From positions 1-34,029 of the forward strand of contig JBKHIF010000006.1 of the NCBI GenBank assembly GCA_046538795.1: a stretch of 34,029 nt of DNA, in the 5' to 3' direction. How positions within the stretch are numbered: position 1 is the first letter of the stretch; the number at the start of each line of letters is the position of its first letter. The notes below the pieces were generated by a model, which saw only the letters and a program-made list of their open reading frames with translations, made no database searches and had not been told where the DNA came from. This DNA comes from Candidatus Woesearchaeota archaeon (lineage in GTDB: Archaea; Nanobdellota; Nanobdellia; Woesearchaeales; CAZJJJ01). Below, in pieces: positions 9,522-18,366 of this stretch. The position numbers and the translations under genes are program-made.

Positions 9522-11291
9522 TTATCTAAGGAGCGCCTTATTATGTGCTTCTACATAAAATTTCACAAAATCTCTCCAGTCAGTAAGCTGTGTTGATCCT
9601 TTTGCATCCATCTTATATTTTACGCGCTCGTGATGGTCAAGTTCTGAAAATCTGCATAAGAAGTCAGTAAAGTTCTTAAGAGATTCTTCTTCTGATTTGC
9701 CGAATCGTTCAAGTACATATATGCCTTCCCTGTCTTTTAGTTTTGGTTTTATGAACCTGCCGAAACCAGCAAGGTCTGAAGTGAGAGATGGAACTCCCAT
9801 AGAAGCACATTCAACAGGAGTATATCCCCAGGGTTCATAATAGCTTGGAAAAACACCCAGATGGCAGCCGCACATGGCTTCATAGTAAGGAAGATCAATT
9901 AGGCCATCAACTCCATTTAGATATACTGGATAATGGACAACCTTTACGTTGTCATCCATGTTGTTTACTAGGTTGTTTTCCCTAAGTGCTTTTTCAATAG
10001 GATCTTCTGCCTCATTTCCAAGATAATGAGTTGATATAGGCGGATTTCCCTCTCTTCTGAACCTGTTTAGGTGTCTCTTGTTGCTTATTAGAAATTCTTT
10101 TGAAAAAAGAGTTCTTCTTGTAAGATCCTTGTTTGAGACAATATCCATGACTATTTTTTTCTCGATTTCTTTTGAATGTGATTCAACATAATTTTTGATA
10201 TGCCTATAGAATGTTTTGTTCTCAAGAAGCTCTGTCCTTATTCCTCTTGCATCTCCGGGTATCCAGAATAATGCAGCAATTGTCCTTTTGCTGTTTTTTT
10301 CTTTCAGATAATTGTTCAGCCTTGCAAGAGCCTTAATAAAAAGATCAATGCCTTTATTCCTGAACTCATATCTTCCCACGATAAAAAATGTAAGTGTATG
10401 ATCCATGTCAAACTGGTAATAAGGGAAAAAGAAATATGTCAAAAACTCCCTGATCTTGTCTTTTGATGAGATATGTATCAATGATGTCTCTTCAAAAGAA
10501 GGAAATTTTTCTTCATCCAGGCCGTTTAGCACAAGCACATCTGGTTTTTTTCCAAGAAGCTTTTCTGCTTCTATCCCTGTAATTTCTGAAACTGTCGTGA
10601 ATATGTCTGAATTTTCTGCGCATGCCTTTTCTGTAGAGAACTTGTCCATAACCCCAAGCTCTTTTGCGGTTTTTTCAGGTTCTATATTATCAAGTTCATT
10701 GTAAAGCTCTCTTCCGTTTCCTGCAATGCTTCTACCAAGCATGGTCGCATGTGTTGTGAATACTGTTTTTACATGAGAATCTGCTGACTTTAGCCACAAT
10801 GAGCCAAATCCTGAAAGCCATTCATGAAAATGGCCTATAATCTTCTTTTCTTTGTTCTCTTGTCCGAAACATTCTATGAGTTTTCCAACAGCAGTTGACC
10901 AAAGCATAGGTTCAATAAAATCCCAGCTTGATGATATTGAGTCAACTTTGTATTTTTCCCAATACATCTTCTGTAACTCATTCTGACTGTCTTTTGTTCC
11001 CATGAAATCAACAAGTATTGTATCTGGCTCCCCTTTGATCTGCCATTTTCCAAAATGACATATTATACCCTCTTTTTTCAATTTTTCATCTATTTCCCTA
11101 AATTTTTCAGGAATCTCTGTTTCCAGAAATTCAACATCTGTCCTGTCGTTGTAATAGGGTCCTATTAGAAAATAATTCTTGTAGTAGGTTTTCATTGCCG
11201 CAGCTTTTGACTTTACAACAGTATAGATTCCCCCAACCTTGTTGCAAACTTCAAATGAAACCTCAAATACATAATCTGCTTTTGTTTCCAT
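9522..11291 (-). CDS. Glycogen synthase, GT3 family
   Basis: FEVSFEVCNKVGGIYTV, HFHEW, FTTHATMLGR, GRYEFRNKG, CHLGVFPSYYEPWGYTP. Start placed at METKADY behind GAGG; 11333 is an alternative start. Confidence 0.93.
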   Translation of the reverse strand: METKADYVFEVSFEVCNKVGGIYTVVKSKAAAMKTYYKNYFLIGPYYNDRTDVEFLETEIPEKFREIDEKLKKEGIICHFGKWQIKGEPDTILVDFMGTKDSQNELQKMYWEKYKVDSISSSWDFIEPMLWSTAVGKLIECFGQENKEKKIIGHFHEWLSGFGSLWLKSADSHVKTVFTTHATMLGRSIAGNGRELYNELDNIEPEKTAKELGVMDKFSTEKACAENSDIFTTVSEITGIEAEKLLGKKPDVLVLNGLDEEKFPSFEETSLIHISSKDKIREFLTYFFFPYYQFDMDHTLTFFIVGRYEFRNKGIDLFIKALARLNNYLKEKNSKRTIAALFWIPGDARGIRTELLENKTFYRHIKNYVESHSKEIEKKIVMDIVSNKDLTRRTLFSKEFLISNKRHLNRFRREGNPPISTHYLGNEAEDPIEKALRENNLVNNMDDNVKVVHYPVYLNGVDGLIDLPYYEAMCGCHLGVFPSYYEPWGYTPVECASMGVPSLTSDLAGFGRFIKPKLKDREGIYVLERFGKSEEESLKNFTDFLCRFSELDHHERVKYKMDAKGSTQLTDWRDFVKFYVEAHNKALLR

Positions 11292-11618
11292 AATATCCTC
11301 TTGCAGGCAGAAGACAGATATTCCTGCTTGCATGTTATTCTAAAGAAACTTGCTTTATAATCTTTGTTGACTACGTAATAATGCTAATCAGCATGCTATG
11401 AAAATCAGGATATAAAATACTATGTTCAAATTATTGAAAATTTCGAATGAAACACGATTGAAATCTTGTTTCAATGTGCGCAGAAATTTAAAAAATTTCT
11501 TTTCGTTTTTGTGGGGTTTGCTCTGGAAGGGTATTCTTCGAGCAGGTAGGAGAACAGCTATCAGTTTGAGTTATATTAAAAAATAATAGAAATAAATACA
11601 GTATTTTGGCGTGAAAAA

Positions 11619-12560
11619 CTATTTTCTTTCCTTTTCCATGAAGAAATCAACAGTCCTTTTCATGCCTTCTTTAAGATCAATTTCAGGACTCCATCCAAGA
11701 TCTTTTTTTGTTCTGCTTATGTCAAGATAGATCTGCCTTACTTCTCCAGGTACAGGATCAACATGCCTTGCAAAAAATTCTTTTTTAAGATAGTCAAACA
11801 TAGTCTCTTTAAGCATAACAAAAAGCTCATTTACACTTGTTTCTTTTCCAAATCCTATATTAAATTCCCTGTTTTCAGTATCCTTGTCAAGTGCAATAAG
11901 GTTTGCCCTCGCAACATCGCCTACATATACATAATCCCTTGTCTGGTTTCCATCTCCGAATATCAAAGGATCTTCTCCAGCCATCATCTTTCCGATAAAT
12001 ATGGAAATTACTCCTGCTTCGCCTTTTGGATCCTGTCTTGGACCATAGACATTACCATATCTCAATATCCTGAAATCAAGATTATAAAGCCTGTTGTACA
12101 GATTGACATATTCTTCTCCTATATATTTAGTCAATCCATAAGGGCAAAGAGGTCTTATTGGATTTGTTTCAGGAGCTGGATTTTTTGCAGGCTCTCCGTA
12201 TATTGCTCCGCCTGAACTTGTATATATTATTCTTTTTATATTATGCTTTACGCAATTCTGAAGTATATTTATAGTCCCCTTAACATTTATCTCTGCATCA
12301 AGAAGAGGCTCATCCACTGAGATTCTTACATTTGCCTGTGCTGCAAGGTGATATACTATTTCAGGAGATTCCTTTTCAAAAACAGAATCAAGTTTCTTGT
12401 TTGTTATGTCCACTTTGTAGAATCTTGCTTTCTTGTTTATGTTTTCTTTGTTTCCTGTCCTAAGATTGTCTACTATTGCAACATCATGACCATTTTCTAT
12501 GAGAAGATCAACCACATGGCTTCCTATAAAGCCTGCTCCGCCTGTAACTAATATTTTCAT
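11619..12560 (-). CDS. galE: NAD-dependent epimerase (UDP-glucose 4-epimerase-like extended SDR)
   Basis: MKILVTGGAGFIGSH, HLAAQ, SSGGAIYG, YGLTK (YxxxK), YGNVYGPRQDPKGEAGVISIF. Confidence 0.9.
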   Translation of the reverse strand: MKILVTGGAGFIGSHVVDLLIENGHDVAIVDNLRTGNKENINKKARFYKVDITNKKLDSVFEKESPEIVYHLAAQANVRISVDEPLLDAEINVKGTINILQNCVKHNIKRIIYTSSGGAIYGEPAKNPAPETNPIRPLCPYGLTKYIGEEYVNLYNRLYNLDFRILRYGNVYGPRQDPKGEAGVISIFIGKMMAGEDPLIFGDGNQTRDYVYVGDVARANLIALDKDTENREFNIGFGKETSVNELFVMLKETMFDYLKKEFFARHVDPVPGEVRQIYLDISRTKKDLGWSPEIDLKEGMKRTVDFFMEKERK

Positions 12561-12634
12561 TTTAGCTAAAAGAAACATGTCTTATTTATAATATTTTCTT
12601 ATAAGGTTTGATGAATTTCTTAAAAAAGAAAATT

Positions 12635-13249
12635 TCAGCATACAAAAATATTTTCTTTGGGAACCTCTTTTTTGATCTTGCCTTTTTCCATATTATAATC
12701 AGGAAAATAATTATGAAAGACCCGTAGAGGCATAACATTTTGCATAACCTCGATATTCTTGATGACATATGAACCTAATTTGGAAGTGAATTTAGGTACT
12801 ATCTCAACATTCACGATTTCTATTATATCGCTTTCCACTCTGCTTCTGATTATGCAATGGTATGCCACCCGGCCATCCTTCTCTCCAAGCCAATCTGTAA
12901 GGATGTGCTTCCTTAGAACTGGCTCGTTCATTATCTTGTCGTCATTAAGAACCCCTAAAACCTGCTCCCTGCTGATCCCGTAATCAAAATATATTGTATA
13001 AAGCTGCATTGCACTGAAAACTCCTGTACCTTCTCGTCCATTGTTGGGAACCACAAAATAATACATATAATTGTTATTTTCCATGCGTTTTCTTTTTCTA
13101 TTTACAGTTTTTACAGGAATCCCTGTTTTTTTTGATATCTGATTGTCAGATATTGTAGGATCTTTTATGATCTCTCTTAATATTTGTTCTTCCTTGAAAT
13201 CAATTGTTTTATCGACTATATTGCCTTTAAATTCATCTTTTTTGGCCAT
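12635..13249 (-). CDS. Lrp/AsnC-like winged-HTH transcriptional regulator
   Basis: EQILREIIKDPTISDNQISKKTGIPVKTVNRKRKRME matches the AsnC-type HTH, followed by a putative effector domain. Confidence 0.75.
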   Translation of the reverse strand: MAKKDEFKGNIVDKTIDFKEEQILREIIKDPTISDNQISKKTGIPVKTVNRKRKRMENNNYMYYFVVPNNGREGTGVFSAMQLYTIYFDYGISREQVLGVLNDDKIMNEPVLRKHILTDWLGEKDGRVAYHCIIRSRVESDIIEIVNVEIVPKFTSKLGSYVIKNIEVMQNVMPLRVFHNYFPDYNMEKGKIKKEVPKENIFVC

Positions 13250-13389
13250 TTTATGTTATTATTGGTAAAAAAGATATATAAATGTGTCGATTTATTCTTT
13301 ATTTTGTTTATATATGACCTATTTTTGGCATTAATGTTCTATATATGGCTTTTTTTTGATATTTTTCTTTTATTTATTCCTTATTTTGA

Positions 13390-13403
13390 GAAAAGTTTAA
13401 ATA
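13390..13403 (+). promoter_or_regulatory. Putative BRE/TATA of the GT4 gene
   Basis: gaaaag-tttaaata, archaeal consensus, in the divergent intergenic region. Confidence 0.55.
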
Positions 13404-13629
13404 ATAGTTATGTCAGAGTAAACTTAGTTTGGGTATTAAGGGAAATAGGGTAAAAACAGGCTGATAAAATGGTCTGCTATTAAGGTTTGCAACAAAAAAC
13501 ATAATTGGGATAAAAATTTGTTTTTTGTTAAAAAAAGGGTGTCTTGATTTTGACTTTTGATACCCGTAAAGCTATGCAACCTGGCTAAAATGAATGTTTT
13601 GTAAGTTTTGACATACGCGAGGTATTAAA

Positions 13630-14988
13630 TTGAAAGTATTGATGTTCGGCTGGGAATTCCCTCCATTTAATAAAGGGGGTCTTGGTACAGCTTGCTATGG
13701 TCTTACAAAAGGCCTTGACAACAAGGGGGTAAATGTGACTTTTGTTCTTCCAAAAGCAGGCAGATCAACAAAAGGTCATTCAACGCATGTGAATCTTCTT
13801 GTAGCATCTGATTATTATATGCAAAACGACAACATACAATTCAGGACAATAAATTCTCTTCTTATGCCCTACATATCTTCTGAAGAATATGCATATATGT
13901 ATTCAAAAAATAAGATGAAAGGCAAAATGAAAGAAGGCGCGATGGCTGCAGAAGAAGATGAGGTATATGGAAAAGATCTTTTTTCAGAAGTTCACAGATA
14001 TGCTGACAAAGCAAAGCTTATTGCAGCTCTTGAAGATTATGATGTCATACATGCTCATGACTGGATGACTTATAAGGCTGGACTTGAGGCAAAAAAAATA
14101 TCTGGAAAACCCCTGGTCGTTCATGTTCATGCGACTGAGTTTGATAGAACAGGTGGAAATCCCAACCAGTATGTTTATGATCTTGAAAGAGAGGGTATGC
14201 ATGGCGCTGACAGGGTGATAACTGTGAGTGCATTTACAAAAGACAAAGTGGTTGAGAATTATGGTGTTTCTCCTGACAAGATTACTGTTGTACATAATGC
14301 AGTTACATTTAATGATAATAAGTTTGACGTTGATAAGATAAAGATGTCTGATACCGATAAAATGGTGCTTTTTCTGGGAAGGATTACTATTCAGAAAGGT
14401 CCTGATTATTTCCTTTATGCTGCAAAAAAAATACTTGACCTCTTGAAAGAAGAGAAAAAAGAGAGCGCAGATATTTCTCAAGAATCAGAAAAAAAAGAGA
14501 TCAAAACAGGATATGCATATTCCAACCATGAATCTGATGTAAAAACAAATATGGATGTCAAGTTTGTATTTGCAGGAACAGGCGATATGGAGCCTCTTAT
14601 GGTAAAGAAGGCCGCAGAGCTTGGCATAAGCAGCAATGTGCTTTTTGCAGGATGGGTCACAGGACCTGACATCGACAGATTATATTCAATGGCAGATCTT
14701 TATGTGATGCCTTCAGTTTCAGAACCTTTTGGAATCACGCCTCTTGAGGCGATGAGAAATAATACACCCTGCCTTATATCCAAACAAAGTGGTGTTTCTG
14801 AAGTAGTCTCTCATTGCCTCAAGGTGGATTTTTGGGATGTTGATGAGATGGCGAACAAGATCATGTGCGTCCTTAAGCATTCTCCTCTGCAGGAATGCTT
14901 AAGAAAGAATGGTTTTGAAGAAGTGCATAAGTTTAGCTGGGATTTGCCTGCTGAAAAATGTGTTGCAGTCTATAATAGCCTGTTATGA
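13630..14988 (+). CDS. GT4 glycosyltransferase (alpha-glucan/glycogen synthesis type)
   Basis: GWEFPP..GGLG, IHAHDW, HVHATEFDR, FLGRITIQKGPDYF, PSVSEPFGITPLEAM. TTG start behind GAGG. Confidence 0.92.
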   Translation: MKVLMFGWEFPPFNKGGLGTACYGLTKGLDNKGVNVTFVLPKAGRSTKGHSTHVNLLVASDYYMQNDNIQFRTINSLLMPYISSEEYAYMYSKNKMKGKMKEGAMAAEEDEVYGKDLFSEVHRYADKAKLIAALEDYDVIHAHDWMTYKAGLEAKKISGKPLVVHVHATEFDRTGGNPNQYVYDLEREGMHGADRVITVSAFTKDKVVENYGVSPDKITVVHNAVTFNDNKFDVDKIKMSDTDKMVLFLGRITIQKGPDYFLYAAKKILDLLKEEKKESADISQESEKKEIKTGYAYSNHESDVKTNMDVKFVFAGTGDMEPLMVKKAAELGISSNVLFAGWVTGPDIDRLYSMADLYVMPSVSEPFGITPLEAMRNNTPCLISKQSGVSEVVSHCLKVDFWDVDEMANKIMCVLKHSPLQECLRKNGFEEVHKFSWDLPAEKCVAVYNSLL

Positions 14989-15177
14989 GATGCAGATTAT
15001 CATAATGTTGAAAATTGCTTTTTGAAGCATAATCTTACTTAGGTAAGTATGGCTGGTAAGTTGAGATTATCAGTAAAAAATATGATTAATACGCTAGATT
15101 TGGTGTGATTATAGTTAAGAAAAATAAATTTTAAAAATAATATAATAGTTTTGATACGTCATCAGGAGGGGGATTTA

Positions 15178-16527
15178 ATGGTAAGCATATGTTTTTATTT
15201 TCAGGTTCATCAGCCATTCAGGATAAAGAAATACAGGATATTTGATATAGGAAACAGCCACGACTATTTTAACGAGGAAAGAAATATCCATGAATGCAGA
15301 AAAATTGCAGAAAAATGTTATCTTCCTGCAAACCGCCTAATGCTTGATCTTATCAGGCAGACTGAAGGTAGATTCAGGATTGCATATTCTATTTCAGGAG
15401 TTGCTTTGGATCAGTTTGAGAAATACACTCCTGAGGTTATAGATTCTTTCAGGGAGCTTGCAGATACAGGCGCAGTCGAGTTCCTTTCTGAAACTTATTA
15501 TCACTCGCTTTCTTTCCTGTATTCAAAACAAGAATTTGAGGAGCAGGTTGCGCTTCACAAAAAAAAGATCGAAAAATTGTTTGGACAGACTCCCAAGGTT
15601 TTCAGAAATACAGAACTAATATACAATAATGAACTTGCAAGTTATGTGGAAAAGATGGGATATAAAGGCATCCTTGCAGAAGGTGCTGATCATGTCCTTG
15701 GCTGGAGAAGTCCTAATTTTTTATACAGGCCTCATACTGCTGAAAATATTGTTCTTCTTCTGAAAAATTACAAACTCTCTGATGATGTAGCATTCAGGTT
15801 TTCAAACAAAGGCTGGGAAGAATGGCCTCTTACAGCAGAAAAATTTGCTCACTGGGTTTCAAACAATAACGGAAACGGATATGCTGTAAACCTGTTTATG
15901 GATTATGAGACATTTGGAGAGCACCAGTGGGCTGATACAGGAATATTTGATTTTATGAGGCAGCTTCCGCATGAGATCTTCAAGCATCCGCATAATGATT
16001 TCAAGACTCCTTCAGAACTAATTGATGCATATCCTGTGGCTGGTGATCTTGATATACATTCCCCTATATCCTGGGCTGATCTTGAAAGGGATCTTAGCGC
16101 ATGGCTTGGAAATCCCATGCAGCACAACGCGATAGACCAGATATATCAACTAGAAGAAACAGTAAAACAATCAGGAGATGAGAAACTTATCTCTGACTGG
16201 AGAAAGCTTACTACGAGCGACCATTTCTATTACATGTGTACAAAATGGTTCTCTGACGGAGATGTGCATAAATACTTTAATCCTCATGACAGTCCTTATG
16301 AGGCTTTTATAAGTTATATGAATATATTGAATGATCTTTTGATAAGGCTGAAAACAAAAAATGTATCTGCAAATATTCCTGAAAATGGTCCTCGGGAAGC
16401 TTTGAAAGATGTTATGGCAGTTGCAGGATCAACATCTGTTGCTGATGAGGTTTCTGGTGTAAAAACAACTGCTTCGGCAAACATTCCTTTAGAAACTCCC
16501 TCGGTCAAAGATTTTTCCACTGAATAA
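15178..16527 (+). CDS. GH57 glycoside hydrolase (alpha-amylase-like)
   Basis: FQVHQP, ETYYHSL, FRNTEL (nucleophile Glu), MDYETFGEH (acid/base Asp), SDHFYYM. ATG 15178 follows GGAGGGG. Confidence 0.93.
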   Translation: MVSICFYFQVHQPFRIKKYRIFDIGNSHDYFNEERNIHECRKIAEKCYLPANRLMLDLIRQTEGRFRIAYSISGVALDQFEKYTPEVIDSFRELADTGAVEFLSETYYHSLSFLYSKQEFEEQVALHKKKIEKLFGQTPKVFRNTELIYNNELASYVEKMGYKGILAEGADHVLGWRSPNFLYRPHTAENIVLLLKNYKLSDDVAFRFSNKGWEEWPLTAEKFAHWVSNNNGNGYAVNLFMDYETFGEHQWADTGIFDFMRQLPHEIFKHPHNDFKTPSELIDAYPVAGDLDIHSPISWADLERDLSAWLGNPMQHNAIDQIYQLEETVKQSGDEKLISDWRKLTTSDHFYYMCTKWFSDGDVHKYFNPHDSPYEAFISYMNILNDLLIRLKTKNVSANIPENGPREALKDVMAVAGSTSVADEVSGVKTTASANIPLETPSVKDFSTE

Positions 16528-16621
16528 GAGATCTGAAAAATCATATTTTCAATTTTAAACTTTTTTATTGTATTTTTTTCAAAACATATAAAAACCATTA
16601 ATATAATATTTGTTCATATGA

Positions 16622-16672
16622 CATATTAAACCACCCTTTCTTATGGATAGGGTGGCTTTTGTCGTTAATATG
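16622..16672 (+). repeat. Nested inverted repeat (hairpin) in 5' leader
   Basis: CATATTAA 16622-16629 / TTAATATG 16665-16672 encloses CCACCCT 16631-16637 / AGGGTGG 16649-16655. Confidence 0.7.
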
Positions 16673-16689
16673 ATTTTTGGGATGGTATT

Positions 16690-18258
16690 ATGAATAAAGA
16701 TGATGTTGCTCCGGACAAGTATTTTTATATTCATGATGGGAGATCTATTAAGAATATATCAGAGCTTGCATCTATGCTTTCTTCTATGGATGATGCTGTC
16801 TTTTCTTTTCACGTCAACGAATCAAAGAATGATTTTGCAAGCTGGGTGAGATTTGTTGTTGATTCTCCTCAACTTGCCGATTCTATGGATAACGTAAAAG
16901 ATAAGGATAAGATGGCTTCTTTGATACTAAAATCTATTTCTGGAGAGGATGGGGAAAAGGTGTCTGAAATTTCTGGCAAGTCTCAGGAAAATAATAAAGA
17001 AGATGAAGTTCTGGAAAAATCTGCTGGCGAAACTAAAACAGTTCGTGAAAAAAAAGTGCAAAAATCACATGATTCTGATCTTTTCTCTTTTTCATCATCT
17101 AATAAGCATGAAGAAAAAAAGAACAAATCTGGAAAAATCAAGACTGGCGATCTAAAAAAAGAAAACAACGGTTCTTCAAAATTACCGCCTGTAAAGGAAA
17201 AAAAACATCATGATGAAAAATCTCCTCCAAAAAATAAATCGTCTGCAAAAAGCTCTGTTCTTTCTAATAAATATGAAGATGATTTTGATTGGAAGAATAT
17301 GCTTGATGATATGAAACTTGGAGAGCAGGAAGATATGCTTTCAAGGATAAGTAGAAGGATAAAAGAGATGAACTCAGAGATAAGCGGCGAAGGTAAAAAA
17401 ATATCATCAGATAAGGAATTTGAAAAAAACAAAAAAGAAAGCTCAGAAGAGATGGAAAAATATGTCAAATCAGATGATTCTGAAAGATTTGAGTCTCTTG
17501 CAGATGATTCTGTTGATTTTCTTGAAGAGCTTTCAAAAAGATTGGAATCTCATAGAAAACGATTTTCAGAATCAGATAAAAAACAAGAAGACATACACGA
17601 ATTTCATCCTGCAAAGAAAATCATCAAAAAGGTGGTAAAAGAAGATGCAGATCCTGAACTGATTATTGAAAAAGGGCTTGATCTTGAAAAAACAAATAAG
17701 CTTCTTTCAAAATATAACTCTATTATGAACGATACAGTGAAAAAAAGTATGAAGAGAACTTCTATGCATACATCTGGTGATGATGATTCATCCAAAGAAA
17801 AAAGAGAAAAACATGTTTCTCATAAGACTTATCATCATAATCGTTCTCAAGATAAAAAACATAAGACTGGAGAAAATAATATTGGTTATTTCAGTATAAT
17901 AGAAAGAACTGATGATCTTGAAGGCATAAGTTCAAAATTTGAATCTGATGATGACGGCGATAGCGGGCAAACTTTTGATGATGGGTCTGCACATGAAAAA
18001 ACTGATGAGAAGCAAAAAAAGGAAAAAAGTTCAAAAAATAAAGTATCAAAAGGAAATTCGCGTGGCTTTTTCAGCATCTTTAAAAAATTAAAGATGGGTT
18101 CTCTTAATTCTGTCGGTGCAATGGAACATGAAAAAAAAGCACAGGAAAATATTACTGTCATACGAGATCCTCTTGTGGAAATATCAGGGATATCTGATTT
18201 CATAAAAGGTCTTCTCATAGGTATGATTATCGGGATGGTTTTTCTTCTGGTATTTTGA
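16690..18258 (+). CDS. Hypothetical protein: DUF5752-like N-terminal domain, long charged low-complexity region, C-terminal TM anchor
   Basis: FYIHDGRSIKNISELASMLSSMDDAVFSFHVNESKNDFASWV; K/E/S/D-rich middle; ends FIKGLLIGMIIGMVFLLVF. Confidence 0.75.
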   Translation: MNKDDVAPDKYFYIHDGRSIKNISELASMLSSMDDAVFSFHVNESKNDFASWVRFVVDSPQLADSMDNVKDKDKMASLILKSISGEDGEKVSEISGKSQENNKEDEVLEKSAGETKTVREKKVQKSHDSDLFSFSSSNKHEEKKNKSGKIKTGDLKKENNGSSKLPPVKEKKHHDEKSPPKNKSSAKSSVLSNKYEDDFDWKNMLDDMKLGEQEDMLSRISRRIKEMNSEISGEGKKISSDKEFEKNKKESSEEMEKYVKSDDSERFESLADDSVDFLEELSKRLESHRKRFSESDKKQEDIHEFHPAKKIIKKVVKEDADPELIIEKGLDLEKTNKLLSKYNSIMNDTVKKSMKRTSMHTSGDDDSSKEKREKHVSHKTYHHNRSQDKKHKTGENNIGYFSIIERTDDLEGISSKFESDDDGDSGQTFDDGSAHEKTDEKQKKEKSSKNKVSKGNSRGFFSIFKKLKMGSLNSVGAMEHEKKAQENITVIRDPLVEISGISDFIKGLLIGMIIGMVFLLVF

Positions 18259-18366
18259 AACTTAATAAAAATTAATCTTGTCTGACATTGCATTTCGTTT
18301 AACATATATGCACAGATCTTTAAAAATCAGAAAACAATATAAATCATTGATCTAAAATAAACACTT

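Noticed and set aside
13184..13453. 89-aa hydrophobic ORF
   Set aside because: F/I/L richness comes from T-rich promoter DNA; it overlaps the regulator start and TATA boxes.
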